A stretch of 58,601 nt of DNA, filler included, from Dugesia japonica (GCA_001938525.1; 5 parts of 5 records of this genome joined end to end with filler, not necessarily neighbours in it); one strand, 5' to 3'. Positions 1-14,589 are shown, counted from the first letter of the whole stretch. The notes: generated by a model not told the origin, from the letters alone. Numbers and translations are program-made.

Positions 1-2329
1 ACAAGATTAATTACATTATGTAACGCACACAAATGTGTGCTACCGCCTATTTACATTAGAAAAATACAACCTCATTTATATAATAATCCGATTTAATTTA
101 ATTTAAATTAATTTAATTAAATTAAATTAATATGACTACATTTCCATATTCACTCTACATAGGATATTTTATTTTATATTAGATTGTTTTCTGTAAATCT
201 AAAATGTTAATGTTACTATTTAATAACTAATTGGCAGGAAACTTTTAAAGAAATTCATTTCTTTTCAATAGAAAATTGTTTCTTTTCATTTTTTACAGTA
301 GTTGAGATGTATTATTATCGATGGGAAATAGTTTTCAATAAAAATTGTTGAATAAAATGAGAACTACAAAAATGCAAAGTATAGGAAATAATAAATAATA
401 ATTTANNNNNNNNNNNNNNNNNNNNNNNNNNNNNNNNNNNNNNNNNNNNNNNNNNNNAAAAACATGTGTGTAATCATTTTATATGAACACGTTTTATTTC
501 GTCATAACTTTTTATATAGACCTACTACAGATTTTAATTAATTTTAATTAAAATTAGTAATTAACTGTACTAGAATCTAAAATATGTCTTGTTTAAATTC
601 ATTGTTTGCAATAAATGTAATCTTTTCAAATTTTTAAAATTTGTTATTCGTATATACAAGTAAAATCTTTTAGACATTTTTCAATATTACAAAGGAAAAT
701 TTGACAACACTGTATACCTTATATCAAGACCAATACAAGTCATCAAACCCAATACATTAATTAACCCAATACAGTCAATAAACTTACTACATTCAATGTA
801 TGTGATACATATAATAAACCTTAATATTCAAATTCATTTACATATTTGACTTACATGTTTTATTCAATGTTTTCATTTATCTTAATCTAATCGTTCAAGT
901 TAATCAATACAATCAATCAATTCATTGGATATGCTTAATTTGTTCCATTAGACATAAATCTATAAGCAATAATCATTAATTTCATTCAAAAACACTTAGT
1001 TGATTCTTATGTTTACTGAGGGTTAAGATAATTTCATATTTATAATATATTTCATATAACTAATGATATAGTTAATCAAATTACATAGTTATTGAGTTAA
1101 AAAAAATTCTTTGGGGCAAATACAGTAAATCAATCCATTAATCAATGAACACAGCAAAGTCTATACGTGTTAGTTTTATCATACAATTATTTCAATCTTC
1201 TTCATAAATAAATAAGTACAGTAACTTAATGTAATAGAGTAAAACCAATGGAAAGGTAAAATCATTTATTAAAACCAAACTTAAATGCTACAGTAAAGCT
1301 AATGTGTTACAGTAAAACTAGTGTAATATAGTACAGTCAATTAATATCATACATAGTACCAGATAAAATCANATTGTTCAAGTAAATTATTTGACTTCTT
1401 ACTAATTTATCAATTTAATATGGATCAAGACTAACCATTTATATACAAATTTTAATACAAGCAAATTATCACCAGTTATATACTAATTACAACAGCCTAT
1501 GATTAAATTGTAATCAACTATAATCAAATTGTCAACACCTATGTGTAAAATATAGTAAACTATATACAAATTGTTGCGTGCCATGTGAAAATTATAACTA
1601 CCTGCGTATCAATTGAGACATTAGTTTGTAGTTTTTCAAGTCAAAATTTTATTTAGATAACCATGTTTTATAAATTCATATAGATATAAATAAATTCATA
1701 TAGATATAAATATTACTAAGTCTTTAAGTAATACCATTAAAATATATAAGCCCACGATTAAAATATAGACTAAATTTATTCAGATTTGTTAACTAGTGCT
1801 TATTAGAGTTCAGCAATTGTATTTACACAGTATACCATTGGTTACAGTATATATATATAAGTAAAAACAAAACTCTACCATATGGACAATATAGCACTTT
1901 ATTCGTAGATGATCATGATTCAAATCAAGAATAGTTACAAGTAATTATTTTATTTTGATATTTTCTAATAGTATAATTATAAAATTTAGTAGTTTCTTTC
2001 AAGATAGTAATCAATCGGATCATCCATTCATTAGAATTTTATTTTATTAAAAACATCTTTGTATTGTTATTTTGTTAGTTACTTTGATTTTTTTAATAAT
2101 ATTTATATTGTTCAGTGAGTAATCCATATAAAGTACTTGGTTTTCAATTTATTTCATCAAGGATAAGTATTGATGATTTGTAACCGTATTTGCTTACTCA
2201 ACGTCAAATTCTCTATTAAATAGATACTTTGATGTTCAAATTCGAGTTACTTTTTCCAAAGTTCATTAACTCTCAATGCTGTTTTTCTTAAAATTTTCAG
2301 AAGTTTTTGCTTAGAAAATTCTTCGAGAA

Positions 2330-3330
2330 GGTTGATTTTGTATGATTTTAGTCAATTCTTTCTTCAGAGTTGATCAGTTTGGGCAAACTTGGTCGGTTTT
2401 AGGTCATTTTTGAACGATTTGGTCAGAAATGTCCTCGGTGAGGTGAAATAAGGTTAATTCTTTATTGGTTCAGGTAAATTTGGTGAAAAATCTCTTAAGA
2501 TTTGGTTAACTTGGTTAATTTTTTGGGTAATTTGGTTGAAAGTTTTCTCGAAATTGGTATTATTTGGATGATTTGGTTAATTACTTCCTCCAGATTGTTC
2601 ATTTTGGGTAAGATTTGGGTGATTTATTCCAATATTTCCTCAAGACTGGTTATCATGGTTAATTTTGGGAAGATTTGGTAAATTATTTACTCGGTTAAGG
2701 TAATTTTGGTCAATTATTTACTTGTGATTGGTTAATTTGGGGGATTTTTGAGTAATTCAGTCAAATATTTCCTCGGATTTGGTCAATTTAGTTCATATTT
2801 GGGCAATATTGGTGAAATGTTTTCTTGAAATCTTTTAATTTGGTTAATTTTTGGAAGATTTAGTCTATTTACTTGGTTTAGGGTTTATAGGTCAAATATA
2901 TTCACGGTTTGAGTAATATTGTTCAATTATTTACTCGGTCTGGATATACGTGGTTAATTATTTACTCACAAAGGTTATTTGTTAGGTAAATTCAGTCAAA
3001 TATTTACTTAGTAATGATCAATTTGGGTAATTTTAGGGCAAATCGGTCAATAATGTCTTCGGGTTTGATCAATTTAAGCTAACTTTCAATGATTTGGTGA
3101 ATTATTTACTCACAGTGCTCAGATTATGGTTGAAAATGCTCAGAATATGGTTGATAGTATTCAGATGTCGATTTACAGTACTCAAAGTTTGGCTCATAGT
3201 GTTCAGAATTTAGTTAAAAGTGCTCAGATTTTGAATGGTTATAATCAATTATTTATTCAGAAGGGTAGTTTTTCGATGATTTGGGGTGATAATGTTCTTA
3301 GTAAGGGTGATTTGGTCAATTATTTTATTT
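2330..3330. repeat. Degenerate G/T-skewed minisatellite-like repeat (ggttaattttggtcaattatttactc-like units)
   Basis: Many imperfect recurrences of ttggtNaatt / aattatttactc with strong strand skew; no credible ORF. Confidence 0.6.
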
Positions 3331-6107
3331 AAATTAGTTAATCTCATATGATAAAATCCAAATTATTCCCGGAACATTACAAATTAGTTGACCTTAATTA
3401 TTAAAATGTTGATAAATTTAAAGATTTAGAAAAATTTTTAATGCTTATTGAAGATTTCATCGATGAAATCGATTATAATTAATTAGCACAATTATTGCTT
3501 ATTTTTAGTAAATTAAGCGAGTTTTCAATGACTTTAGTTGAATAATTCTTTCAATGAGATCAAATCGGATTAATTTTCAGCCAATTAAGGAATTTCCGTT
3601 AAGGGATTTCCTAAGAATCATATATTTATAAAGAGATGTCATTGAAATTTAAATTTTTAACAATTAATAAGTCGTTCCAATTGATATTTTAACATTTATA
3701 GTTATAAGATGATAAATAATTTATAAATTAATAATTAAAGGATAAATTATTTTCATATTTTGAATTTCAATAATAGCTTGTTTTCCTTCCATTTCATTAC
3801 ATTACCTCATCCGGTTAGTACAGTCGAACAATTATTCCAACTGTTCACATCCAGTCTCAAGTTGTAAACGCTCAAGACCGTTAGCTTCCAATCGAGTCCG
3901 TTCATATATGAAATTGTCGATCAGCTTGCGTAGCTTTAACTAAGCTAAGCTCGATAACGGTATGTGCATCTATGGTAGCAATGATTCCAAATGTTTACAT
4001 CTGGTCATGAATGTACGCCACTACAATTGTTTAAAAACAATCAATCATCATCGTCAATAATTGACTAGACACGGATTTGCAAAATGATATTGAACTCCAA
4101 CTCACTATTATCAAAGCTAATGTATGGTATTATATAAAATTAATTTAATGAAAACATAAAGAAAATAATATTCATAATAAATCAATAATGATTGTCACAA
4201 TTAGAATAATAATTTCAATGATAATGATAATTAACTACTAATAATAATACAAATAAATCAACTATTAATATTAATCTTAAATTATAATTAAACAAGTATT
4301 GATTAATTCATAATTAACATTTAATTCCGCTTTTAATATTTTTCTGACATGATTAATATTAAGTGCTTACTCAAGGAAACGGTTAATATCTTAAAGTCAA
4401 TTTTAATTTTTAAAAAAGTTTATTAATATGTCATCAAAATAATCAAATAATAATAGTAAATGAGTTATAATAATACAATAATAATATTTAATAAATGAAT
4501 AATATTTCATCAATAATATTAATATTTATTCAAATAATAATAATAAACGATTAAAAAAAGAATAATAATAATAAATGTATAATAAAAAATAATTGGATAT
4601 TAATAATAATAACATGATAATTAATGGTTAATAATAATTAATTAAATAAAAAACAATAATCAATAATAAAATTAACTTAATAATAATAATAAAAAAAAGA
4701 AGAAATTAATAATCGAATAATATTAATAATTATCAATCACTTATCTTAAATAATTTTATTTTCAATAAATGTCATATTCATTTTAAATATCTGAATAATA
4801 ATTTTTTTCATTATTTCATTAAATCTACATCTTTCTCATATTCTTCTAATTCTAAGATAAAAAAATCAAATAATTACAAAACTAAAAAAAATTTTAAAAC
4901 ACTTACTTGCTATGAAAATTTTAATTAAAAAATTCAGTTAATATTTAAACAAAATATATTTTAAAAATTAATTCTTATGCAATTATAATAAATTTAATTT
5001 TAAATAATAAATAAATTATTGAAACTTATTGATAAAATTTAAGCTTTTACAATTAAAGAATTAATTATGGTAGCAAGCATTATATATTAAGACTTGATGA
5101 TTGTAAGAGTTGTGTATGTCAATAGCTGTCTGTAACTTGTATTGTGTATGTTTAGATACTTTCGTCGATAATATTAACTTTTGAAACCAACTTTTACTTA
5201 GTAATTATATGAATCAATCAGTGAGTTATGAAACTTGCTAGTATTATAAACATTATTTTACATGTATTCCTTTCCTTGAATAATGTTAGATTGACATGTA
5301 AATGATATTCATCTTGCATTTATCTGGCATACATCATGTAAATTTCATAAAATATTACATATATAATTTTATAAATAAATTTGTGACTACTGTGTAAATT
5401 CATAAAATTCATAAGATCTCTACCAATTTTTTTTACATATTTTTAAAGTCTTAGTTTATTTTTTTTTAAGTTATATTTTATTACAATGTTCACAAATACA
5501 TAAGACCCTTTTGGATTTTCTATTTTGAAATTCTATATCCATTTTATATATTTTAAACTTGAAATTTAAAAAGTCTGCTTGCAATTAATTTTTCAAATCT
5601 ATTCTTCGTTTATTTTCAATCATAACAATTTTAGAATTTGATAATTTCATTTCTATATGTTTTTCTTTTAAAATACACCAACATTAACTTCCTTTAAAAT
5701 CAGGATCTTTAGTTATATGTAAAGTTATATCTACATTATATATATTTAATTTATTATCCTGTGAACTTACATCGAAACAAAAGATGGGATACAAATACCC
5801 AAATTCTTGTAAAGATAACTAAGGTTCAGTGAAAAAGTCTTTACGACAATTTACATAATTTAAATAAGGAAAAAATCATTTCATTTTTATCTATATTAAA
5901 TTTACATTCATTTATAGGATAATATGTATTTAATTTTAATTTTTATTTAATTGTATTTGAATAATTTTAAGAGAATATTTTGTTGTAACTTTTTTGTCAA
6001 CAGTCCCTTCATTTNNNNNNNNNNNNNNNNNNNNNNNNNNNNNNNNNNNNNNNNNNNNNNNNNNTTGTGAGAATAATTGTTGGACTTAACCATTGATCGC
6101 ATTTGAG

Positions 6108-6211
6108 ATTTCATTAAAATAAGAAAAGGCTTCGATAAAAATAAATTTTATTTGAACCTTTTTACAAATAAATTTTATTTTGATCGAAGCCTTTTCTTCT
6201 TTTAATGAAAT
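6108..6211. mobile_element. Fold-back/MITE-like inverted repeat (~100 bp hairpin)
   Basis: atttcattaaaataagaaaaggcttcgat...aaataaa pairs with tttatt...atcgaagccttttcttctttaatgaaat. Confidence 0.6.
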
Positions 6212-6219
6212 AAATTATT

Positions 6220-7086
6220 ATTCTTTTGTTATAAAATTTCTGAATCTTTTATTCCAATAAATACATATCTTGGTTTATAAGTTAAATTACTTAGTTTTAC
6301 CGAATAATAATTTCCTGAATCTAAAGTTGTTTTAGAGGTAATTCTTTTTAAAAATGAAACTTGAATAGATTTATTTGTGTTAATTCTTTCCAAAAAATTT
6401 ACTTCCATTTTTGGAACTTACCTACATTCTGGGATGTGTAGTTCTAGAGTCATTAATTTTAAAGTAGCAGTTGTACCTGCATCTCAATAAAATATTAAAT
6501 TATCGTTTATTTGTCGATTACAAGTAAATTCAATCATTGTATTATATAATAATCTATTTTAGAATTGTAAAAAGCAAATAAATCTTTCAAAGGAAAATAA
6601 CCTTCAAATTTTTTTTAATTATAAAGTTTCTTTCTTTTAAAAAACCAGTATTTGCATTCCAACTAGTAACATCAAAATTATCACCATTTGCATCAGAAAT
6701 CCATCCAGATAATTGTCCAATAAATATTTTTAAAAGTTGAACTAGTTGTTATAAAATTTAATATTGTTGATGAAATTCCTAGATCATTAATTATTTCTAA
6801 ATCTGAAGATCTTAAAGTTAATCTCATTGTTTTAAATAAACTTGGAAACCAATTATTTTCTAATAATTATTTATCTTTATCTGAAACAGTTATCTCTACT
6901 TTAAAATCTTAACATTGAATTACAAATATCTAATGGATATGAAGATTGTAAAGATTGAAAAACTATATCTCCAGAAGACATAAAATTATTAATTGAACAA
7001 GATGATGGTAAAATTCTCAAAACATCATTTTTCAAAAATAAAGGTTGGAAATTAATATTATTTTCAAGATTAATTTTTGTTTCCAT
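6220..7086 (-). pseudogene. Polinton/adintovirus double-jelly-roll major capsid protein, frameshifted and 3'-truncated
   Basis: Manual translation across frameshifts: LENNWFPSLFKTMRLTL..LEIINDLGISSTILN..LSGWISD..NTGF..FEGYFPLKDLF..ELHIP..IQVSFLKR..KPRYVFIGIK, matching the motif order I recall for Maverick MCPs (NN.F..LF, G..ST, GW, PLK.LFGF, KPRYV). Confidence 0.75.
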
Positions 7087-7398
7087 TTTCTAATAATAAA
7101 AAATGTTTATTTAAATTTTACTTGTAATTGAATTTTATTTGTTATCATGTTTTTATTTCCATTTTTATTTTCATTTGTATTTTTACTTACAGTTGTATTG
7201 TTAGGTGTTGTAGTTTTTAGTGTTGTGTTTCTATTCATGTTTTTATTTATGTTTAAATTTTAATTGTTAACCATGTTTATTTTTTTAATTTATTTTAATT
7301 TTATATTTTCAAAAAAATCAACTGATAACCCTAGTAGTTATGAAATGACGGTTTCCCGACAAATTTTTATTTTTATTTACTATACACTATTTTTTCCC

Positions 7399-7833
7399 AT
7401 GACAGATTCAATTTTTATAGAAATCATTGGTCAATAAAATTTAAATAAAGTGTTAAGTTTATTAGGAAATAATTTATTTTAAATGAAAGATGAAAATCCA
7501 AATAATGAAATTACTAAATGTGATTTTATTAAATCAAAAAGATATGCTTACGAATTTGATAATAAGTTAGATAAAAGACATAAAAGAATTCGATAAAGCT
7601 TTAGAGACAAAAGAAAAAATTTATGGTACTAATTATAGTTGAAAATCTAATAAACATGAAATAGAATTAGTTGAACAAAAAAAGATAGTTTTACAGATTA
7701 TGACGATAAAAAACTAATTGAGGATAACGGAAAGAACTTGGCCACATGAAAATAAGTTTAAATGTGAAATTTGTAGTGAGTGGCATTTAAGGTTAGATAA
7801 ATTAAAACAAAAATTAAATTGTAGTTTAATATA
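7399..7833 (+). pseudogene. Protein-primed DNA polymerase B (pPolB) C-terminal fragment
   Basis: TDSIFIEI (degenerate DTDS), MKDE....IT..FIKSKRYAY, KSNKHEIELVEQKK, DYDDKK.IEDNG..TWPH, which is the typical Polinton pPolB C-terminus. Confidence 0.75.
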
Positions 7834-10800
7834 AATAAGNGTGTCTCGATGGACACTATTTTTCTAAAATGTAAATATAAAAACCGATTAACAATTAAAT
7901 CTAAAATATTAAAGTGAAGACCGTGGTCTTCAAATTTATTTTTTTAATTTGTTAATAACGTTTTGTTGATTTTCAATTTGTTCTTCAAATTTCTTTAAAA
8001 TTTCACTTTCATATTTAACTTGACTATTTTTTCATGTGAAATTAAATATTTAACTTGTTTTACTATATTTTTGCTTATTGATATTTCATCATCTGTTAAT
8101 ACATTATCAGATAAAGCTTTTTAATGAAATAAAAATAATTTGTAAATATTATTAAAAATCTTTAAATTCTCTTATATTTCGTCTGAAGAAAATCCTGAAG
8201 AAAGTAGAGAAAATTGTGAAGAAAAACAAGAAAATTCTGAAGAAAATTTTGTAAAAAAAAATAAATGAGAACGAATACCGGTCCTCTTAGGACCACAATT
8301 TGTGATTGTAAAAATTGTTACACATTGTGAATGTATACCGGGTCTCATTAGAACCAAAATGATTGTTATCTACGATGGATAAAAATATTGGATTGTTGTC
8401 TCCGGATTGTTCTAACTTCAATGAAACAGAATAAAATTGGTATTATTTATTTACTTTTTAAATATTATTTATTTAATTTTGGCATTAATGAGAAAGTAAA
8501 GTTAAGTCATATAGAATAAAAATGAGAACGTATACTGGTCCTCTTTAGGACCAAAATTTGTGATTGAGTGAACAAAAAAAGGCAGCATGATTGCTAAGTA
8601 AACAAGGAAGAATGCATCTCAGTTGCAGATTTAACAAAGAAATATTCAGTTCCAAGTTCAACAAAGAAAAGTTCAGTTGTAAGTTTAACAAACATATATA
8701 CAATACAAAGTCAAAATGGTTATAAAAAAATTTAATTTTTTCTTTTATTAATAATTATGAATTTAGATTCAATTATAGACGACATGGTTGAATTTATTGA
8801 AATCTCTTATTCAGAGGAAAATCGACAAATACATGTAAAAAATAGTCAATGTAATATTGAATTACTTATATAATATGTTACATAAAATACAATAAAAGAA
8901 ATATAATGAAAACAAGATTATTAAACTAAATTTATTAAATAACATTAAATAATATTTAAAAAAAGACATTTAAACATATGTTTTTAATGAATCCATATTG
9001 AAATCTAGTTTTTTGACGCTTTTTTCTTTTCCTAATAATACCAAACTATCCAAAAATTGAATTTCCATCAAGGCATGTAAACTAGCTTCTAGTATATTCT
9101 CCAACTTATGTTGATAAAGTTATACCTCATTATTTGAAATCTCCTTAAAAGCGTCCATGAACATATAGAGATTGTAAAAATTTTTCAAATTTTTTGCTTA
9201 GTTGCCTTTACAATCGCTTAAGAAATCTATATAATTCAATCTTACGTATTTTTCCTCAGTATTTGGATTTAATGATGAAAGAATTTTCAGAATTTTGGAT
9301 TGATCCATTTCTTTCTTGTATTCTTTTCAAATCTCTTCATTTCCCGAACACAAATATCAATATTGTTTCAGTGATAATGCATTTACTTTGGTAATATTTA
9401 TTAAAAATAAATTAATCGGATTGGCTAAAAACATTGAAATAATTTTGATTGGATGTTAAAATCTATATATTTGAAATACAAATGAACTAAAATCATTTAT
9501 TTTCAAATTGTATTGAAAATTTATTGAAAAATTTACAGATGTTGAAGACGATAATCAAAATGGAGAATTTGAGCCAAATTTAGAATATTATGAAAAAGAA
9601 TGGCCGACAATTGCAAACGAAGAGGAAAAATATTTTGAAGCTACTGGTAAGTTATTTTTTTTACTAATTTAATATTTTAAAAAATATGTTTGATTTAGAA
9701 AACATTGAATCTGATTTACAAATGTTGGAAGAAAAATAGTTGTCAAAAAGTATAGACCTGCTAGAAAAATCCTCAAATACATTTGATAAATGTTTGACTT
9801 AATTTCATTTTAGCTATATTATTTAGTTTTAGATTTGTTATTAGAATTACTTGGACTTATTTATCTATGCCTTAAGGATGATATCATTTATTGTACACCA
9901 GAATTAATTTGGTACAAATAAAAAAAGTTGATAGAAGTGGACATGAAAGAGGTCATGGACATTTACAATGATTATCATAACAACGATATTGATTGCGACT
10001 ATTGTTCTGAAAAAAAGAAAGATTTGAAGAGAAAATTTATTGACTATATCTATCCAGAGTTTAATAAAAGACAATGGTAATCAATTTATTTAATTAAATT
10101 CATTTTATTAAATAAATATTAACTTATACAGTATTTATCTTTATTATTGTTTATTAATTCAAAAAAATAATTTAAAAACAAAAAAAATTTCCTGTTGGGG
10201 GTGGGGTTGAGTCATGATCTATAAAAACGATGAGTCATTAATAATTTTTATAACGATGAATCATTGTTTTTGTTATAAAAGTTCTTTGTCTAGTGGGGTG
10301 ATTCAGTGCGCTACTATCTACCTACTTCCGTGTGTATTTATCCATACCAATTTAAATAGACAAATATTAACATCTACAATGATACATCTACAACTACTAT
10401 GAACAACCATTTGAAATTTATAATTAAATTGTTAAAATTCACCATATCTAGTACCATTTGATTTTACAAAATATAGAAAACATTTCATTTCTACAGAAGG
10501 CTGCCAAACACTNGGAGGTTCCCAGCAATCAATTAAATGTTACAAATTATGGAAGAACGGGATATTCATATTACTTGACAGATGGCGAAATGTGTTTGAA
10601 TTAATTGGTATATAAATTTTTTGATTAAAATTTTTAATAATTATAAGAAGTTAACTTTTAATTTTTCTTAAAACTAAAACTAATTTTAACTCCACACAAT
10701 ATTGATATTGAAAATTTAAATCATTCTGTAATTGGATAAAGAAATCTAAATATAGAAATTGAAATTGAGATCGTTATGAAGTGTATACAATTAGAAATAA

Positions 10801-10951
10801 ATGGTTAAGATCAATAATTACAAAATCGATGTTATTAGTAATTGTATTTATATTTTGACAAATATTACAAATCAATTAATATTCTCCAATGTGCAGAAAC
10901 TAAATAAGTTAAACTAATTTGTTTGTTAAACTAATTAACAAATTATAAATG

Positions 10952-11728
10952 TTAATAATAAATAATTATGTTTGGATCATAGATTCCCACAAGTTCTAGT
11001 GATTTGTAAGGTATTGAATATGTACTCCAAGATGCTGCCGTTCTATTATCATTCAACACATATATCAATTGATGAGGAGTAAATTGTGTTCCATTAGGCC
11101 AACTATTTAAACATTTATCAGGAATTAAAGCGATACCAGTTATTCGTTTACTTCCTTCACAAGTTCCGTAATTCACAGTTATGGAAAACGGAGCGAAATA
11201 ATCATATTTTTCACTTCTCATATAACTAGCATTCCATGGAAATGATGCAACTAAATTATGTGAACTAAACCATGATGTAATANNNNNNNNNNNNNNNNNN
11301 NNNNNNNNNNNNNNNNNNNNNNNNNNNNNNNNNNNNNNNNNNNNNNNNNNNNNNNNNNNNNNNNNNNNNNNNNNNNNNNNNNNNNNNNNTAATATACTTC
11401 TAAAATTTGTTAATTTGTTAGTATTGTCTTCTTGAACAATATTAATTAACGAATTGGTTCCTAAAAAATATGAAAGATGATAATAACCACTTCCAGATAA
11501 AACTCGGAATAAATAAATTGAACGAGATAATTTTGTAAATAGTTTCTGAGATAAATATTTTTCACTAATTGATGATAGTGATTTCGGAATTCTGCAGGCA
11601 TTGGATATCATTGAAAAATAAATTCGTCTGTTATTGACAGCATCAAATGCACAATTCATGGTGTCAACATTATCAGCATTTAATAATGGACAAATGAAAA
11701 TTGTAATGATGAAAAATAATAAAATCAT
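10952..11728 (-). CDS. Predicted secreted protein of unknown function (~258 aa, contains an assembly gap)
   Basis: Splice acceptor ttatgcag just upstream of the ATG; signal-peptide-like MILLFFIITIFICPLLNA; frame open on both sides of the N run; several Cys and Trp residues. Confidence 0.6.
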   Translation of the reverse strand: MILLFFIITIFICPLLNADNVDTMNCAFDAVNNRRIYFSMISNACRIPKSLSSISEKYLSQKLFTKLSRSIYLFRVLSGSGYYHLSYFLGTNSLINIVQEDNTNKLTNFRSILXXXXXXXXXXXXXXXXXXXXXXXXXXXXXXXXXXXXITSWFSSHNLVASFPWNASYMRSEKYDYFAPFSITVNYGTCEGSKRITGIALIPDKCLNSWPNGTQFTPHQLIYVLNDNRTAASWSTYSIPYKSLELVGIYDPNIIIYY

Positions 11729-12021
11729 CACTCTGCATAAATAACAAATAATAATTTGATATTTTAATTAATATTTTTTTTCTGTTGAAATTAACAACTA
11801 ATAAAAATTAATTCACTGGCAAATGAAATATTTTGCTTTTATTTTAGATACATAAATTGAATGACCAATAAGTAGTAAAATTTGCATGGTGATAATTGTT
11901 GATATGTCTTATATTTGTCTCTAGATCTATTGTTCTTAATATGTTCCTACAATTTCATGATGACATCGCTTATGTCTNNNNNNNNNNNNNNNNNNNNNNN
12001 NNNNNNNNNNNNNNNNNNNNN

Positions 12022-12033
12022 TTAATTAATTAA
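12022..12033. other. Artificial assembly spacer (44N-TTAATTAATTAA-44N)
   Basis: Six-frame stop linker in a fixed 100-bp gap; identical at four sites. Confidence 0.9.
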
Positions 12034-12206
12034 NNNNNNNNNNNNNNNNNNNNNNNNNNNNNNNNNNNNNNNNNNNNTTAAATAAACAACACCTAAAATA
12101 TACATAAGTTTAAAATTCTTAAGTTTATAATTAATATTAATAATAAATTATTTTTTGTTTAGACGTGTTAAAATAGCTAAATACTAATGATAAAGAAATA
12201 GTATGT

Positions 12207-13242
12207 TCATCGATTGCATAATTGATAATATATAAGCAAGAGCCACATACTATTTCATCATTTTTAATGAGATTTAATTGACAAGTAAGATTTTATTTAA
12301 GTAATTATTTATATTTTAATTTTATTTTAGATTAATTATGAATAAAATCAAATAACAAATATGTGTTGCAACAAAAGGGGATTACTTTGATAGTGACAAA
12401 AGAAATTTGGTTGATTAAATAAATAATTTGTTTTATTTAAAAAGTAACTTTACTTTTTCAACACAGTAGTAGTATTAGATCTCGTTAAACATGATGAATT
12501 GAATTTCGGTTCTTCTTTTTAATGACAAAGAAGAATCGTTTTTATGCAGGTCCAAGTCTATTATTTAGGAATAAAAATTGCGGGCCAGATAGGCTGTTTT
12601 ACACACTAATTTTAATCCTTTTGTATTTTTTTATTTTGTTTTATCGATTTTCAAATATTAAAATTTTTTCATTTAATTTTTTCTCATCGTTAAAATTGTN
12701 NNNNNNNNNNNNNNNNNNNNNNNNNNNNNNNNNNNNNNNNNNNNNNNNNTCATCGATTGCATAATTGATAATATATAAGCAAGAGGCACATACTATTTCA
12801 TCATTTTTAATGAGATTTAATTTACAAGTAAGATTTTATTTAAGCAATTATTTATATTTTAATTTTATTTTAGATAAATTATCAATAAAATCAAATAACA
12901 TATATGTGTTGCAACAAAAGGGGATTACTTTGATAGTGACAAAAGAAATTTGGATGATTAAATAAATAATTTGTTTTATTTAAAAAGTAACTTTACTTTT
13001 TCAACACAGTAGTAGAATTAGATCTCGTTAAACATGATGAATTGAATTTCGATTCTTCTTTTTAATGACAAAGAAGAATCGTTTTAATGCAGGTCCAAGT
13101 CTATTATTTAGGAATAAAAATTGCGGACCAGATAGGCTGTTTTACACACTAATTTTAATCCTTTTGTATTTTTTTATTTTGTTTTATCGATTTTTAAATA
13201 TTAAAATTTTTTCATTTAATTTTTTCTCATCGTTAAAATTGT
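12207..13242. repeat. ~490-bp near-identical tandem duplication across an N gap (12207-12699 / 12750-13242)
   Basis: The two copies differ by only a few substitutions; probably an unmerged contig/haplotype overlap. Confidence 0.75.
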
Positions 13243-14589
13243 AATTAATTTAATTATTTGTTTTTCCGCGCTTCAGAAATGTTTTGATTTTAAACCATAA
13301 TTTATTCAGAACAAAAGGAAAAATATTTCAATAATTTGTTCTTATTCAAACAAAATAAATATTGCAACACAAATAAAAACAATATGAAAAATTAGTTTCT
13401 ATGTCCCATATTATTTTTGTTTAAAAACAATTATATTATAAAATTAAGTTAAACATCTAAAATATAATTTCATTATAAATTTACAAACTTGATTTTGAAA
13501 AATAATTATTTTTAAAAAGTATTTCAAAAAGTAATTATTAAATAATTATTAATTAAATGTTGTTAGAATGAAACGACAGAGAAATTCAAACAAGTTCAGA
13601 CGAAAATATAATTCTCGATGAAATAAAACGAAAGACAAGAAATTGTTAAATACATATTAAACATTAAAAAAATAGATTTAGAAAGAAAATGGATGGGATT
13701 ACACGAGGGAATACAAAAATCTATTTTGAAAATATTAATAATAATCAAAAGGTTGGTAGAACCACAGGAAAACAATCTGAATGGAAAATAGCACCATCCA
13801 AAGAAGAGAAATGAAATTAATGGAAATTAAATAATTATTCAAACTAGCTAATAATAATAAAAACAAAAACATAATAAATAAAAAATATGAAAAATCTAGC
13901 AAAAGAATAGAAGCAAGGATTAAGAAAAACGGTTACTAAATGAGTAATCATAGAATCTGAAACACTAGAACTAGTTGACTAAGAAGTTACAGGTGTAAAC
14001 ATTGTGCGAAACCTTACTATCCGGTCTACTCAACTCAAAACCCTAAAGTATATTCTTGTTNAAATAAAATTAAACTTATTTATACTTATATTTTATTAGA
14101 ATAATATTAAACAAATATTTTGAAAAAACAAATTTTCAATTAAAATTTATTTTTCAATGCAAAGCTCAAAATGATGTTCTTCTATTTTCATTAATTGTTG
14201 AACATTTCAGCTATGCCTTCTTCAGGAACAATTGTTTAACTCATTCTGGTTATAAATGTTTAAATAGAAACACAATTTATATTAATATGATTAAAATTAA
14301 TTTTCATTGGTCACTAATTATGACATTAAATTTTAAATTTATTGAACATATTCATCTACTTTACAGATCAATGGTTAGAATAATTTTTTAAAAAGTTTTA
14401 ATATTAAACAATTTAAAAAATTTATGAAATATTTAATCACTTGACAATAAGACCGTGATCTTATTATTGGGTGGTCATATTTTCAATTTTCTTTAAAAAT
14501 ATTTTTTATAGTTTTAGTACTTACAACAATTTTATAAAGATTTACTTCTCTGTATTTTTTCGTCGAGAAAATTTACAATCTATCAGCTT

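Larger units (their letters stand above)
6220..10326. mobile_element. Decayed, rearranged Polinton/Maverick (adintovirus-like) element
   Basis: Capsid pseudogene, pPolB C-terminus and decayed accessory ORFs; ends in ...gcgctactatctacctact, whose reverse complement is an AGTAGGTAGATAGTAGCGC Polinton-type terminus. Confidence 0.7.

Noticed and set aside
12207-13242. Recent tandem duplication or LTR pair
   Set aside because: The copies directly flank a sequence gap and lack TG..CA, PBS or PPT features; most likely an assembly overlap
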